Assembly: GCA_963840535.1 (NCBI GenBank) | Contig: CAWIZJ010000042.1 | Location: forward strand, 1,304-65,303 | Reading direction: 5' to 3' | Length of the DNA stretch: 64,000 bases | From: an uncultured Alphaproteobacteria bacterium | GTDB taxonomy: Bacteria > Pseudomonadota > Alphaproteobacteria > Rhizobiales > Xanthobacteraceae | Shown here: piece by piece, positions 18,547 to 27,987 of the stretch | Layout of the letters: every line of letters begins with the position of its first letter | Position numbering within the stretch: position 1 is the stretch's first letter | Translations under genes and position numbers: made by a program | The notes under the pieces: model-generated | Databases searched by the model: none | The model's input: the letters and a program-made list of their open reading frames with translations, nothing else | Told to the model about the DNA's origin: nothing

Positions 18547-20898
18547 ATGGACCGCCGGCGCTCTACCAACGCCTTCGTCGGGAGCCCGGTCGAGCGCATC
18601 GAGGATGCTCGGTTCCTGCGCGGGCGTGGCCAATTCATCGACGACATCGCGCGCGACCGGCTCCTGCATGCGGTGATCCTGCGCAGCCCGGTGGCGCACG
18701 GGCGGATCCGCTCGATCGATGCGCGCGCCGTCTTGACGCGGCCTCACATTTCGGCCGTCATCACGGCAGCGGATCTCGGTGCAGTCATCCCGACCATCCC
18801 GCTGCGACAGGAGGTCTCGCCCGCCTTCGAGCCGTTCGAGCAGCCGGTCATCGCCCATGCCAAGGTGCGCTATGTCGGCGAACCCGTGGCGGTCGTCCTG
18901 GCAGACAGCGCCGCCGCCGCCGAGGATGCCCTCGATGCCATCGCGCTCGATATCGAGCCGTTGCCGGCCGTGGTGGATGGCGCCGCGGCCTCCAGCGGCG
19001 ATGTGCTCCTGGTCGAGGCGGCAGGAAGCAATGTCGCGTTCACGCTCACCGGCGTGCGCGGCGATGCCGACGCCGCGTTCGAGTGGGCACCCTATACCCG
19101 CTGCGAGCGGTTCAGCGTGCAACGCCACGGCGCGGTGCCGATGGAACCGCGCGGACTGCTGGCGGAATGGGATCTGCGCAGGGCCGGCTCACGGTCCACG
19201 GCGCGGCCAAGGTCGCCTTCGTCAACCGGCGGATACTGGCGAGGCAAATGGGGCTGCCGGAAAGCGCCGTGCGCATGGTGGAGAACGATGTAGGCGGCGG
19301 TTTCGGCGCCCGCGGCGAATTCTATCCCGAAGATTTCCTGATCCCGTTCGCGGCGCGGCGCATCGGCCGGCCGGTCAAGTGGATCGAGGATCGCCGCGAG
19401 CATCTCATCGCCACCAACCATGCGCGCAACGCCGAATGCGAGCTGGAGATCGCCTGCGACCGCGGCGGCGCCATTCTTGCGCTGCGCGGACGCGCCATGA
19501 CCGACCAAGGCGCCTATATCCGCACCAATGGCCCGACCGCGGCGCGTAACATCGCGCAGGTGCTCACCGGACCCTACCGCATTCCCAATGTCCGCATCGA
19601 CGTCGCGCTGGTGCTGACCAACAAGACCCCGTCGGGAACCTATCGCGGGCCGGGCCGCTTCGAGGCCGACTTCTTTCGCGAGCGGCTGTTCGACATCGCC
19701 GCCGGCGAGCTCGGCATCGACCGCGTCGAATTCCGCCGCCGGAATCTGATCGCGGAGGCCGAGATGCCCTATCGCCTCGCGACCGTCGAGCCGCTCGGTA
19801 TCAGGACCGAAACCGACAGCGGCGACTATTGCGCAACGCTGGAGCGTTGCCTGGCCGAGGTCGACTGGGCAGGCAAGGCTGCGCTGCAGGGCAAGCTGGT
19901 CGACGGGCGCTACCGCGGCACGGCCGTCGGCTGCTACCTCGAAGGCGGCGCCTCCGGCCCGGGCGAAAGTGCCCGTCTCGTGGTCGAGTCCGACGGCAGG
20001 ATTTGCGTCTACGTCGGCTCCTCGTCCATCGGCCAGGGGTTGGAAACGGTGTGCGCCCAGATCGCCGCCGACGCGCTCGAAGTGCCGATGCACGATATCG
20101 CCGGTGTCTTCCACGGCTCGACCGATCACGTGCGCGAGGGCTACGGCTCCTACAGCTCGCGCTCGGTGGTGATGGGCGGAAATGCCATCGTCGCCGCGGC
20201 AGGCAAGTTGCGCGACGGACGTTCGCAGCCGGGCCGCCGATCGCTGGAGCTGCGGGATCCACGACATCGGGATCGATAGCGGCGTGGTCCATTGTCGCGA
20301 TGGACGATCATTGCCGCTCGCCGCGTTCGCGGGGCTTTCAGCCGAAGCGACCTATGCGAGCAGCAAGCGCACCTACAGCTACGGCGCCCATGCCGCCCAT
20401 GTCGCCGTCGATCCGAAGACCGGCCACGTGGACGTGGTCGAATACGTTGCGGTCGAGGATGTCGGCCGCATCATCAACCCGCTCACGCTCAATGGACAGG
20501 CGGTCGGGGCCATCGTGCAGGGTCTCGGCGGTGCATTCCTCGAGCATTTCGTCTACGACGAGAACGGGCAGATGCTGACCGGCTCGCTCGCGGACTATCT
20601 GCTGCCCACCGCAAGCGATTTCCCCTGCATCAAGGTGGTGGCGCTCGAGCAGAAGCGCTCGCCCACCAATCCGCTCGGCGCCAAGGGCGCCGGCGAAGGC
20701 GGCATCATCCCGGTCGGCGGCGTCATCGCCAACGCTGTTGCTGCTGCCCTCGCCTCGCTCGGTGTCGAGCCGCGCGATCTGCCGTTGTCGCCGCCGCGGC
20801 TGTGGCAGCTGATCGATGACCGAAGGACGTCCCGAGCGGACTGTGCCGCACCCGAGGTGGTACTGGGTTCGGCCGGTCGATCAGGTCGCACACGGTAA
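18547..20898 (+). pseudogene. CoxL/xanthine-dehydrogenase-family molybdopterin-binding large subunit (copy 2), two frameshifts as sequenced (~19185, ~20225)
   Basis: MDRRRSTNAFVGSPVERIEDARFLRGRGQFIDD...MEPRGLLAEWDLR (ORF 18508..19293) is followed by GRLTVHGAAKVAFVNRR...VVMGGNAIVAAAGKLRD (ORF 19083..20279). The last part is VRSRAADRWSCGIHDIGIDSG...NPLGAKGAGEGGIIPVGG (ORF 20182..20898). It is a close paralogue of copy 3. Confidence 0.8.
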
Positions 20899-21240
20899 CC
20901 TGCGATCAACACCATCGTCGACCAATCTGAGCTGGGCTTTATCGATCAATTCGGCCCTCTGCGCTTCGGCAGCCTTCAATGCAGTCGCGGCCTGCTCGGA
21001 AGTGCTGCTGTTCGAGCCGAACAGCACGATGCCGCCGACGACGGCCGTAATCCCCAGCAGCAACGCGGTGGGTTCGAACCTGATCGTGCCGAACAGGATC
21101 GCCAGCATCAAGGCCGCTCCGGCAGCCATGGCGACCTTGGAGATCAGCATCACTTTCCGACATCTTTCGACGACGCCGGCAAGCGTCTCGATCTGCGCCT
21201 CGAGCTGGGAGATTTGTTCGCTCAGATCGGGGTGGTTCAT
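20881..21240 (-). CDS. small hypothetical membrane protein (coiled-coil, 2 TM segments, coiled-coil)
   Basis: MNHPDLSEQISQLEAQIETLAGVVERCRKVMLISKVAMAAGAALMLAILFGTIRFEPTALLLGITAVVGGIVLFGSNSSTSEQAATALKAAEAQRAELIDKAQLRL... I recognise no family; the call rests on ORF length and the hydrophobic core only. Confidence 0.5.
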   Translation of the reverse strand: MNHPDLSEQISQLEAQIETLAGVVERCRKVMLISKVAMAAGAALMLAILFGTIRFEPTALLLGITAVVGGIVLFGSNSSTSEQAATALKAAEAQRAELIDKAQLRLVDDGVDRRLPCAT

Positions 21241-21362
21241 CGCGCTCGCTGGATCCGGCCATCGCTGCATGAATTGGTGTCTATTCCGAGCAGGCCAGCC
21301 GATACAAGTCCATCAATGAGGCCCGGTCGCGCTCGACACGGAATCCCTCCGGCTTGCGGTGC

Positions 21363-21392
21363 GACATGACATGTCAGCGCGTTGACCGGTCA
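21363..21392. promoter_or_regulatory. two short palindromes upstream of the FAD-subunit gene (candidate operator/promoter)
   Basis: GACATGACATGTC (21363-21375) and TGACCGGTCA (21383-21392). The latter overlaps a TTGACC -35-like hexamer, followed 17 nt later by ATAGGT. This is pattern-based only. Confidence 0.25.
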
Positions 21393-21460
21393 GACGGTCC
21401 GATGATAGGTACCGATGCCAATCTCTTCCGCTGCGTGCAGCTCGAAGGACGCATACGAAC

Positions 21461-22318
21461 ATGAAGCTGCCGCCCTTCGATTATGCGTGCCCGGCGACGC
21501 TTCCGGAAGCCGTTGCGCTCCTCGCGTCGCGCGGCGACGACGCCAAGGCGCTGGCGGGGGGCCAGAGCCTGGTGCCGATGTTGGCCTTCCGACTCGTGCA
21601 GCCGGCGCTGCTGGTCGACCTGCGCAAGCTTGCCGAGCTGCGCGCGATCAGGATTTCCAGCGATGGTGTCGTACTTGGCGCCATGACGCGTTGGCGTGAC
21701 ATCGAGGACGACGAACGCATCGATGGCGCGCATCCCCTGCTCAAGGCAGCGGTCGCTCACGTCGCACACTATCAGATCCGCAACCGCGGAACGGTCGGCG
21801 GCAGCATGGCCCATGCCGATCCCGCTGCCGAGATGCCCGGCATTGCGGTCACCTGCGACGCAGAGGTTGCGGTGGTCGGATCGACGGGCTCGCGGGTGAT
21901 CAAGGCTGCGGATTTCTTTCAGGGGCCGTTGATGACCGCGCTTGCGCCCGACGAGATCATCGTCGAGGTCCGACTGCCGCCCTGGAAAGCGGGCCGACGC
22001 TGGGGGTTTCAGGAATTCGCCCGCCGCCGTGGCGATTTTGCCCTTGCCGCCGCGGCAGTGTTCTACGACCCGGACGCGGCCGGCCGGGTCGCCAACGCCC
22101 ATGTCGGGGTGATCGGCGTCGCCGACCGGCCCCTGCGGCTCGGCACCGTGGAGGCCGTCCTCAACGGCCGGTCGATCGACGCGGCTGCCATTGCCGCGGC
22201 CGAGGCTGCGGCTTGCGCCGCGGTCGCCCCGCAGGACGACATCCATGCCAGCGCCGCCTATCGCCGTGCGCTGGTCGGTACGATGGTCGAACGTGCGCTG
22301 AAAAGCGCTGCCGCATAG
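21461..22318 (+). CDS. FAD-binding medium subunit of a molybdenum hydroxylase (CoxM/XdhB-like)
   Basis: MKLPPFDYACPATLPEAVALLASRGDDAKALAGGQSLVPMLAFRLVQPALLVDL...HYQIRNRGTVGGSMAHADPAAEMP...; intact, 285 aa. Confidence 0.85.
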   Translation: MKLPPFDYACPATLPEAVALLASRGDDAKALAGGQSLVPMLAFRLVQPALLVDLRKLAELRAIRISSDGVVLGAMTRWRDIEDDERIDGAHPLLKAAVAHVAHYQIRNRGTVGGSMAHADPAAEMPGIAVTCDAEVAVVGSTGSRVIKAADFFQGPLMTALAPDEIIVEVRLPPWKAGRRWGFQEFARRRGDFALAAAAVFYDPDAAGRVANAHVGVIGVADRPLRLGTVEAVLNGRSIDAAAIAAAEAAACAAVAPQDDIHASAAYRRALVGTMVERALKSAAA

Positions 22319-22333
22319 AGCTTGTCGGTCGAC

Positions 22334-22811
22334 ATGCCAGTCCGATTCGAGGTCAACGGCAAGGAAGTCGAAGTGGAGGTCGAGCCACGACTGACGCTCG
22401 CGGACTGCCTGCGTCACGAGCTTGAGGCTGACCGGAACCCACATCGGCTGCGAGCACGGCGTGTGCGGCGCCTGCACCGTCATCGTCGATGGCGCAGCCG
22501 TGCGCTCCTGCCTGATGCTGGCGGTGCAGGCCGAGGGTGCCAGGGTGGTGACGGTCGAGGGGCTGTCGCAAGACGACGACCTCACGCCGCTGCAGAAATC
22601 CTTCCGCAGGCATCACGCGCTGCAATGCGGCTTCTGCACTCCCGGCATGATCACCACGGCGCATGCGTTGCTCAGCGAGGAGCCGGACTGCAATGCCGCG
22701 CGGGTGCGCGAGGTGTTGTCCGGGAACCTGTGCCGATGCACCGGCTACATCTCCATAGTCGAGGCCGTGCTCGACGCGCGCGGCGCCTACAAGCGGGATG
22801 GCCGCGCATGA
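22334..22811 (+). pseudogene. (2Fe-2S)-binding small subunit of a molybdenum hydroxylase (CoxS-like), one frameshift as sequenced (~22420)
   Basis: MPVRFEVNGKEVEVEVEPRLTLADCLRHEL (frame of ORF 22322..) is followed by RLTGTHIGCEHGVCGACTVIVDGAAVRSCLMLA...CGFCTPGMITTA...LCRCTGYISIV (ORF 22422..22811). Its stop overlaps the large-subunit start (ATGA at 22808). Confidence 0.8.
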
Positions 22812-25102
22812 GGACGGTCAACTCGTTCATCGGCAGCCCGATCGAGCGCCTGGAGGACCTCCGCTTCCTGCGCGGCCGCGGCCAGTACGTCGACGATCTC
22901 GCCCGCCCCGACACGTTGCATGCCGCCATCCTGCGCAGCTCGGTGGCGCATGGCCGCATTCGCGCCATCGGCGTCGCCGCGGCGCTGGCGCTTCCGGGCG
23001 TCCATTGCGTGCTCACCGCCGGGGATCTCGGCGGCCGGGTGCCGCGGGTGCCCATGCGTCTGCAGCCGCTGCCGGAGTTTGCGCGGTTCGGGCAGCCGGT
23101 GATCGCGGAAGCCAAGGTCCGCTACGTCGGGGAGGCGATCGCGCTGGTGCTCGCCGATACCGCCGGCATCGCCGAGGACGCGCTCGCGCTGATCGAGGCC
23201 GACATCGAGCCGCTGCCGCCGGTTCCCGATCGTCACGCGTCCGCCGCCAATGAAACGCTTCTGTTCGTGGAGGCGGGCACCAATCTTGCCATGAAATTCC
23301 ATGCCGTGCGCGGCGATGCCGCGGCGGCATTCGAGCACGCGTCCTATGTCAGGCGCGAGAGCTTCTACACCCAGCGCCACATGGCGCTCCCGATGGAGCC
23401 GCGCGGCCTGCTAGCCGAATGGGATGCCGTACGCGGAAAGCTCACGGTGTCCGGCGGTGCCAAGGTGCTGTTCTTCAATCGCCGCACGCTCGCCAAGGAG
23501 ATGGGGCTGCCCGAGAGCGCCATCGAGATCGTGGAGAACGATGTCGGCGGCGGGTTCGGGGCACGCGGCGAATTCTACCCCGAGGACTTCCTCATTCCGT
23601 TCGCGGCGCGTCACACTGGACGCCCGGTGAAATGGATCGAAGACCGCCGCGAGCACCTCTTGTGCCTCAACCACGCGCGCGAGGCGGAGTGCGACGTGGA
23701 GATCGCCTGCAGCCGCGACGGCACGATCCTGGCGCTCCGCGGCCACGCCCATGTCGACGTCGGCGCCTATATGCGCAGCAACGGCGCGGTCGGCGCGCGC
23801 AATGTCGCGCAGTTCATGTCGGGCCCCTATCGTATCCCCAACATCGACATCGACGTTGCGTTGCAACTCACCAACAAGACGCCGGTCGGCACCTACCGCG
23901 GGCCGGGCCGCTTCGAGACCGATTTCTTCCGCGAGCGATTGTTCGACATGGTGGCGCAGGACCTCGGGATCGATCGCGTCGAGTTCCGCCGCCGCAACCT
24001 CATCGCGCATCGAGAGATGCCTTACCAGATCGCGACCATCACCCCGTTCGAGAGCAGGGACGAGTACGACAGCGGCGATTATCATGCCACGCTCGAGCGC
24101 TGCCTCGCGGAGATCGGCTGGGCGCAGAAATCGAGGCTCGCGGGCAAGCTGATCGACGGCCGCTATCACGGCCTTGCGGTCGGCTGCTTCATCGAGGGCG
24201 GCGCCGCCGGCCCGAAGGAAAGCGCGCGCATGGTGCTGGAGCCCGACGGCTCCTATTCGGTCTATGTCGGATCATCCTCGATCGGCCAGGGTCTCGAGAC
24301 CGCATTCGCGCAGATCGCCGCCGACGCGCTCGAGGTTTCGATGGATCGCATCCGCGGCGTGTTCCACGGCTCGACCTCTCACGTGAGCGACGGCTACGGC
24401 GCATATCATTCGCGCTCGGTGGTGATGGGCGGCTCGGCGATGCTCGATGCCGCGAGCAATCTGCGTGCGGCGATCCGCTCCGTCGCAGCTAGGCGGCTCC
24501 GCTGCGAGCCCGACGAGGTCGAGATCGTCGACGGCGACAAGGCGGTCGGACCCGCCGGCACGTCGGTTGCGTTGCGGGGATTGTCCGGCGAAGGCATCTC
24601 GGCCGAAGGTTGCTTCCTCAACAAGAAGCACACGTATACCTACGGCGCCCACGCCGCCCATGTGGCCGTCGATCACAAGCTCGGTCACGTCGAGCTCATC
24701 GATTATGTCATCGTCGAGGATTGCGGCCGCATGATCAATCCGCTGACGCTGCGCGGGCAGGCCATCGGATCGGCCGTGCAGGGGCTGGGCGGCGCCATCA
24801 TGGAGCATCTGATCTACGACCGGCAAGGCCAGCTGCTGACCGGCTCGCTTGCGGACTACCTCATTCCGACCGCCAGCGACTTTCCCAACATCCGCGCCGT
24901 GGTGCTGGAGGACCATCCCTCGCCGATCAATCCGCTCGGCGCCAAGGGTGCCGGAGAGGGCGGCATCATCGCCGCCGGCGGCGTGATGGCCAATGCGGTC
25001 GCCAACGCGCTCGCCGCGTTCGGCGTCGAGCCGCGCCGGCTGCCGCTGACTCCGACCTACATCTGGGAGCTGGTGCAGGCGGGCCGCAGGCGCGCTCAGT
25101 GA
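22808..25102 (+). CDS. CoxL/xanthine-dehydrogenase-family molybdopterin-binding large subunit (copy 3, intact)
   Basis: MRTVNSFIGSPIERLEDLRFLRGRGQYVDDLARPDTLHAAILRS...VENDVGGGFGARGEFYPEDFLIPFAARHTGRPVKWIEDRREHL...NPLGAKGAGEGGIIAAGG. This is the last 764 aa of ORF 22322..25102. Confidence 0.9.
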   Translation: MRTVNSFIGSPIERLEDLRFLRGRGQYVDDLARPDTLHAAILRSSVAHGRIRAIGVAAALALPGVHCVLTAGDLGGRVPRVPMRLQPLPEFARFGQPVIAEAKVRYVGEAIALVLADTAGIAEDALALIEADIEPLPPVPDRHASAANETLLFVEAGTNLAMKFHAVRGDAAAAFEHASYVRRESFYTQRHMALPMEPRGLLAEWDAVRGKLTVSGGAKVLFFNRRTLAKEMGLPESAIEIVENDVGGGFGARGEFYPEDFLIPFAARHTGRPVKWIEDRREHLLCLNHAREAECDVEIACSRDGTILALRGHAHVDVGAYMRSNGAVGARNVAQFMSGPYRIPNIDIDVALQLTNKTPVGTYRGPGRFETDFFRERLFDMVAQDLGIDRVEFRRRNLIAHREMPYQIATITPFESRDEYDSGDYHATLERCLAEIGWAQKSRLAGKLIDGRYHGLAVGCFIEGGAAGPKESARMVLEPDGSYSVYVGSSSIGQGLETAFAQIAADALEVSMDRIRGVFHGSTSHVSDGYGAYHSRSVVMGGSAMLDAASNLRAAIRSVAARRLRCEPDEVEIVDGDKAVGPAGTSVALRGLSGEGISAEGCFLNKKHTYTYGAHAAHVAVDHKLGHVELIDYVIVEDCGRMINPLTLRGQAIGSAVQGLGGAIMEHLIYDRQGQLLTGSLADYLIPTASDFPNIRAVVLEDHPSPINPLGAKGAGEGGIIAAGGVMANAVANALAAFGVEPRRLPLTPTYIWELVQAGRRRAQ

Positions 25103-25202
25103 GTCCGCGCGACCGTATGCCCGCTCCCTCGGTTCATTGACGGGCCGCGCGATGCGGGAATAGATTCGACCCTGCAATTGACGTCCGATAGGAGCCTGGC
25201 CC

Positions 25203-25733
25203 ATGAGCGTTGCACGGCATCCGCGTTCACCGGAACTGATCGGTGTTCCCATCGAAGAGATCATGCAGAAATATGTCGGGCGCTTCCGCGACAAGAGGCC
25301 GGATTGGGCGGCGTTCGAGGATGCCAAGATCGAGGGCTACAAGCGCGCCCAGCACCGCTTCGTCGGGGCCGGCGGTTCCGGCAAGCACAACGACCCGAGC
25401 GTGATCCCGGCCAAGAACTTCACGCTCTCGATCATGTATGTGGAGCCGGGGCAGGGCAACGCCGCGCATACCCACGAGGTGGAGGAGTGCTTCTTCGTCC
25501 TGCAGGGGCATCTCGACGTCTTCGTCGAGGATGAGAGCGGCAAGCGCCTCACCACCCGCCTCGGACCCTGGGAATGCATCTCCTGCCCGGCGGGCGTCAT
25601 TCACGGCTACCAGAACGACAGCCTGGAGCCGGTCTATTTCCAGGTCATGCTGGGACGCGCCAGGCCGGAAACCATGGGCTATGCCGATGACGAGCTCTAC
25701 AAGCGCCGCGACGCTCACCTCAAGGCGGTGTGA
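25203..25733 (+). CDS. cupin-domain protein
   Basis: ...FTLSIMYVEPGQGNAAHTHEVEECFFVLQGHLDVFVED...CPAGVIHGYQN carries cupin motifs 1 and 2 with His ligands. AGGAG lies upstream of the ATG at 25203. Confidence 0.75.
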   Translation: MSVARHPRSPELIGVPIEEIMQKYVGRFRDKRPDWAAFEDAKIEGYKRAQHRFVGAGGSGKHNDPSVIPAKNFTLSIMYVEPGQGNAAHTHEVEECFFVLQGHLDVFVEDESGKRLTTRLGPWECISCPAGVIHGYQNDSLEPVYFQVMLGRARPETMGYADDELYKRRDAHLKAV

Positions 25734-25798
25734 CTCTCTGAGCGGTACGCACGCGAGGCGCGACAGGAGGCGTCGTCGGCTCGGGTTCTCGCAAGAAG

Positions 25799-26962
25799 CT
25801 ACTCCGCAGCTTCGCGTCGCACGCCCTGCGGCGCGCGATCGCGGAAGTGCGGCAGGACTTCCTGCGCCACCGCCACCATGTTGGCGCGCGCCATGTCGTC
25901 GGGCAGGGTGCCGAACTGGGTCTTGGTGAGCGAGGTATTGAAGCCGGCGAGGTCCTGAAATTCGGCGAGCTTCTCGCGCACGGTGTTGGGGCTTCCGACC
26001 ATCACGATGCCGGCATTGATGACGTCCTCGATCGTTTGCGGCTTGCCCACCACCTTGGCTGCGCGCACCCGTTTCAGTGATGCGGTATCGGTATAGCCGG
26101 GCGGCAACAGCATCTCGGTCGGCATCTTCAGGAAATAGTTCATCAGCGCCTCGAGATGAGGTCGCGCCTCGCGCACCGCCTTCTCGTCGGTCTCTGCGAT
26201 GTAGATGGTGTTCGACCACGCGAGCTGATCCGGCGAAGCCTGGTAGCCGGCCTTTTCGGCCTCCTCCCGGTACATCTGGAAGAAGCGCGCCACTGCCGCG
26301 ATCGGGCTCAGCGTCTGGCAATAGGTATAACGCATGCGCGCGGCCCAGCGGATGGTGGAGCCCGAGCCCTGCGAGGGGATCCAGATCGGCGGATGCGGAT
26401 CCTGATAGGGCCGCGGCCAGGGATTGACGTACTTGAACTGATAGTGCTTGCCGACATAGGGGAACGGGCCGGGCTCGGTCCAGGCGCGCACGATCAACTC
26501 GTGCGCCTCCGCGAAGCGCTCCTGCGAGTAGGCCGGGTTTATGCCCATCGCGTGGTACTCCGCTCCGATGCCGCGCACGAAGCCTGCGATCAGCCGCCCG
26601 CGTGTGAGATTGTCGAGGATGGCGTATTCCTCTGCGATCATCAGCGGATTGTTGAGCAGCGGCAGCGCACGTCCCAGCACCGCCAGCTTGGCGCGCTTGA
26701 CGCTGCGCGCAAGCGCGCCCGCGAGCACGCCCGGGATCGGCATCATGCCGTAGGCGGTCTGGTGGTGCTCGTTGAGGCAGACGCCGTCGAAACCGAGCTC
26801 GTCCGCGTACTCCATCTGGTCGAGATATTCGTGATAGAGCCCGGCGCCCTTTTGCGGATCGTAGTGGCGGTTGGTGAACGTGACCCAGGCGGAGCCGTTT
26901 CTTCCGATCGCGTCGAGGTCGACGTGCCGGTACGGCATGAGATGGAAGTTGAAGATCTTCAT
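25799..26962 (-). CDS. LLM-class flavin-dependent oxidoreductase (luciferase-like monooxygenase)
   Basis: MKIFNFHLMPYRHVDLDAIGRNGSAWVTFTNRHYDPQKGAGLYHEYLDQMEYADELGFDGVCLNEHHQTAYGMMP...; intact. The ATG at 26962 overlaps the upstream hydrolase stop (ATGA). Confidence 0.85.
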   Translation of the reverse strand: MKIFNFHLMPYRHVDLDAIGRNGSAWVTFTNRHYDPQKGAGLYHEYLDQMEYADELGFDGVCLNEHHQTAYGMMPIPGVLAGALARSVKRAKLAVLGRALPLLNNPLMIAEEYAILDNLTRGRLIAGFVRGIGAEYHAMGINPAYSQERFAEAHELIVRAWTEPGPFPYVGKHYQFKYVNPWPRPYQDPHPPIWIPSQGSGSTIRWAARMRYTYCQTLSPIAAVARFFQMYREEAEKAGYQASPDQLAWSNTIYIAETDEKAVREARPHLEALMNYFLKMPTEMLLPPGYTDTASLKRVRAAKVVGKPQTIEDVINAGIVMVGSPNTVREKLAEFQDLAGFNTSLTKTQFGTLPDDMARANMVAVAQEVLPHFRDRAPQGVRREAAE

Positions 26963-27750
26963 GCTGCAATCCTCATGGCCCCGATGAAGGATACGAGCTC
27001 GGCAGTGAAGGCATCTTCCTGCTCCACCTGCGGTACGTGTCCGCAATCACGGATGATCATCGCCTGCGAGCCCGGAATCAGCCGCTGATAGGCGAAGGCA
27101 TATTCCTTCGGAAACAGCCGGTCGTGGTCGCCCCAGAGCAGCAGGGTCGGGACGTCGATCCGATGCAGCCATTTCTGCAGGTTGGGGTCGTGGCTGCGCG
27201 GCTGCCAGATCAGCTTGGCGGTGGTCATTCGGTTCTTGAGCGCGGTGTCCTCGGCCTCCGCCCGCAGCGCCGTCGGCAAGATCGCCTCGGCGAGCTTCTG
27301 GTCGTAGAAGAGGTCGCGGATGCGCTGCTCGTCACTGCTCAGGAAGGTATCGACCTGCTCGACGCCCTTGACGTGGATGCCGCCGGCCGCGACCAGGGTG
27401 AGCGAGGCGAGGCGGCTGCTGTTGCGCACCGCAAGCTCGGCTGCGACCCAGCCCCCGAGCGAATGACCGACGAGATGAACGCCCTCGAGATCGAGCTGAT
27501 CCAGGAAATCCAGATAGAAGTTGGCCAGGTCGGCGATGTTGTCGAGCCAGGGCGGCGTGTCCGATTCGCCGAAGCCGGGATGCTCCGGAACGATCACGTC
27601 GAACTTGCCTGCCAGCCGCGACAGGAACGGTAACCAAATCCCGGCACCGCCGGCACCATGCAGATACAGCATCGGACTGCCGGTGCCGCCGCGCATGACC
27701 CGAACGCGGCAATCGCGAATCGATATCATCGAGCTCGAATGGTCGTCCAT
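26959..27750 (-). CDS. alpha/beta-fold hydrolase (meta-cleavage-product/C-C or amide hydrolase type)
   Basis: This is the last 263 aa of ORF 26959..29289(-): MDDHSSSMISIRDCRVRVMRGGTGSPMLYLHGAGGAG...VHLVGHSLGGWVAAEL (nucleophile elbow GHSLGG)...LLLWGDHDRLFP...DCGHVPQVEQ. Confidence 0.8.
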   Translation of the reverse strand: MDDHSSSMISIRDCRVRVMRGGTGSPMLYLHGAGGAGIWLPFLSRLAGKFDVIVPEHPGFGESDTPPWLDNIADLANFYLDFLDQLDLEGVHLVGHSLGGWVAAELAVRNSSRLASLTLVAAGGIHVKGVEQVDTFLSSDEQRIRDLFYDQKLAEAILPTALRAEAEDTALKNRMTTAKLIWQPRSHDPNLQKWLHRIDVPTLLLWGDHDRLFPKEYAFAYQRLIPGSQAMIIRDCGHVPQVEQEDAFTAELVSFIGAMRIAA

Positions 27751-27987
27751 TTCCGATATCTCGTGTTCCCGACTGGCCCACCCGCGGGGTAGTAGTCCTA
27801 TCCACTCGCTGAAGGGCGCATCCCGATGCGGCTGCGGCCGCGGGTCTTGCGGCAATTCTACCCCTCGAATGGCCGGTCCATATACCCTAATCTGCCGTTG
27901 AATTTGACATCGGCCCGCTGCCCAGTCATGCGTCAGCGAACGGTCGAGCCTCGTGCTTGAGCATGCGCCGAGACAACAGGAGGCCGG

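Noticed and set aside
22322-25102. A 926-aa ORF suggesting a fused 2Fe-2S plus molybdopterin subunit.
   Set aside because: Only the first about 30 and the last 764 residues are family-like. The real 2Fe-2S domain is in ORF 22422..22811 and stops at 22811, overlapping a proper ATG at 22808 for the large subunit.
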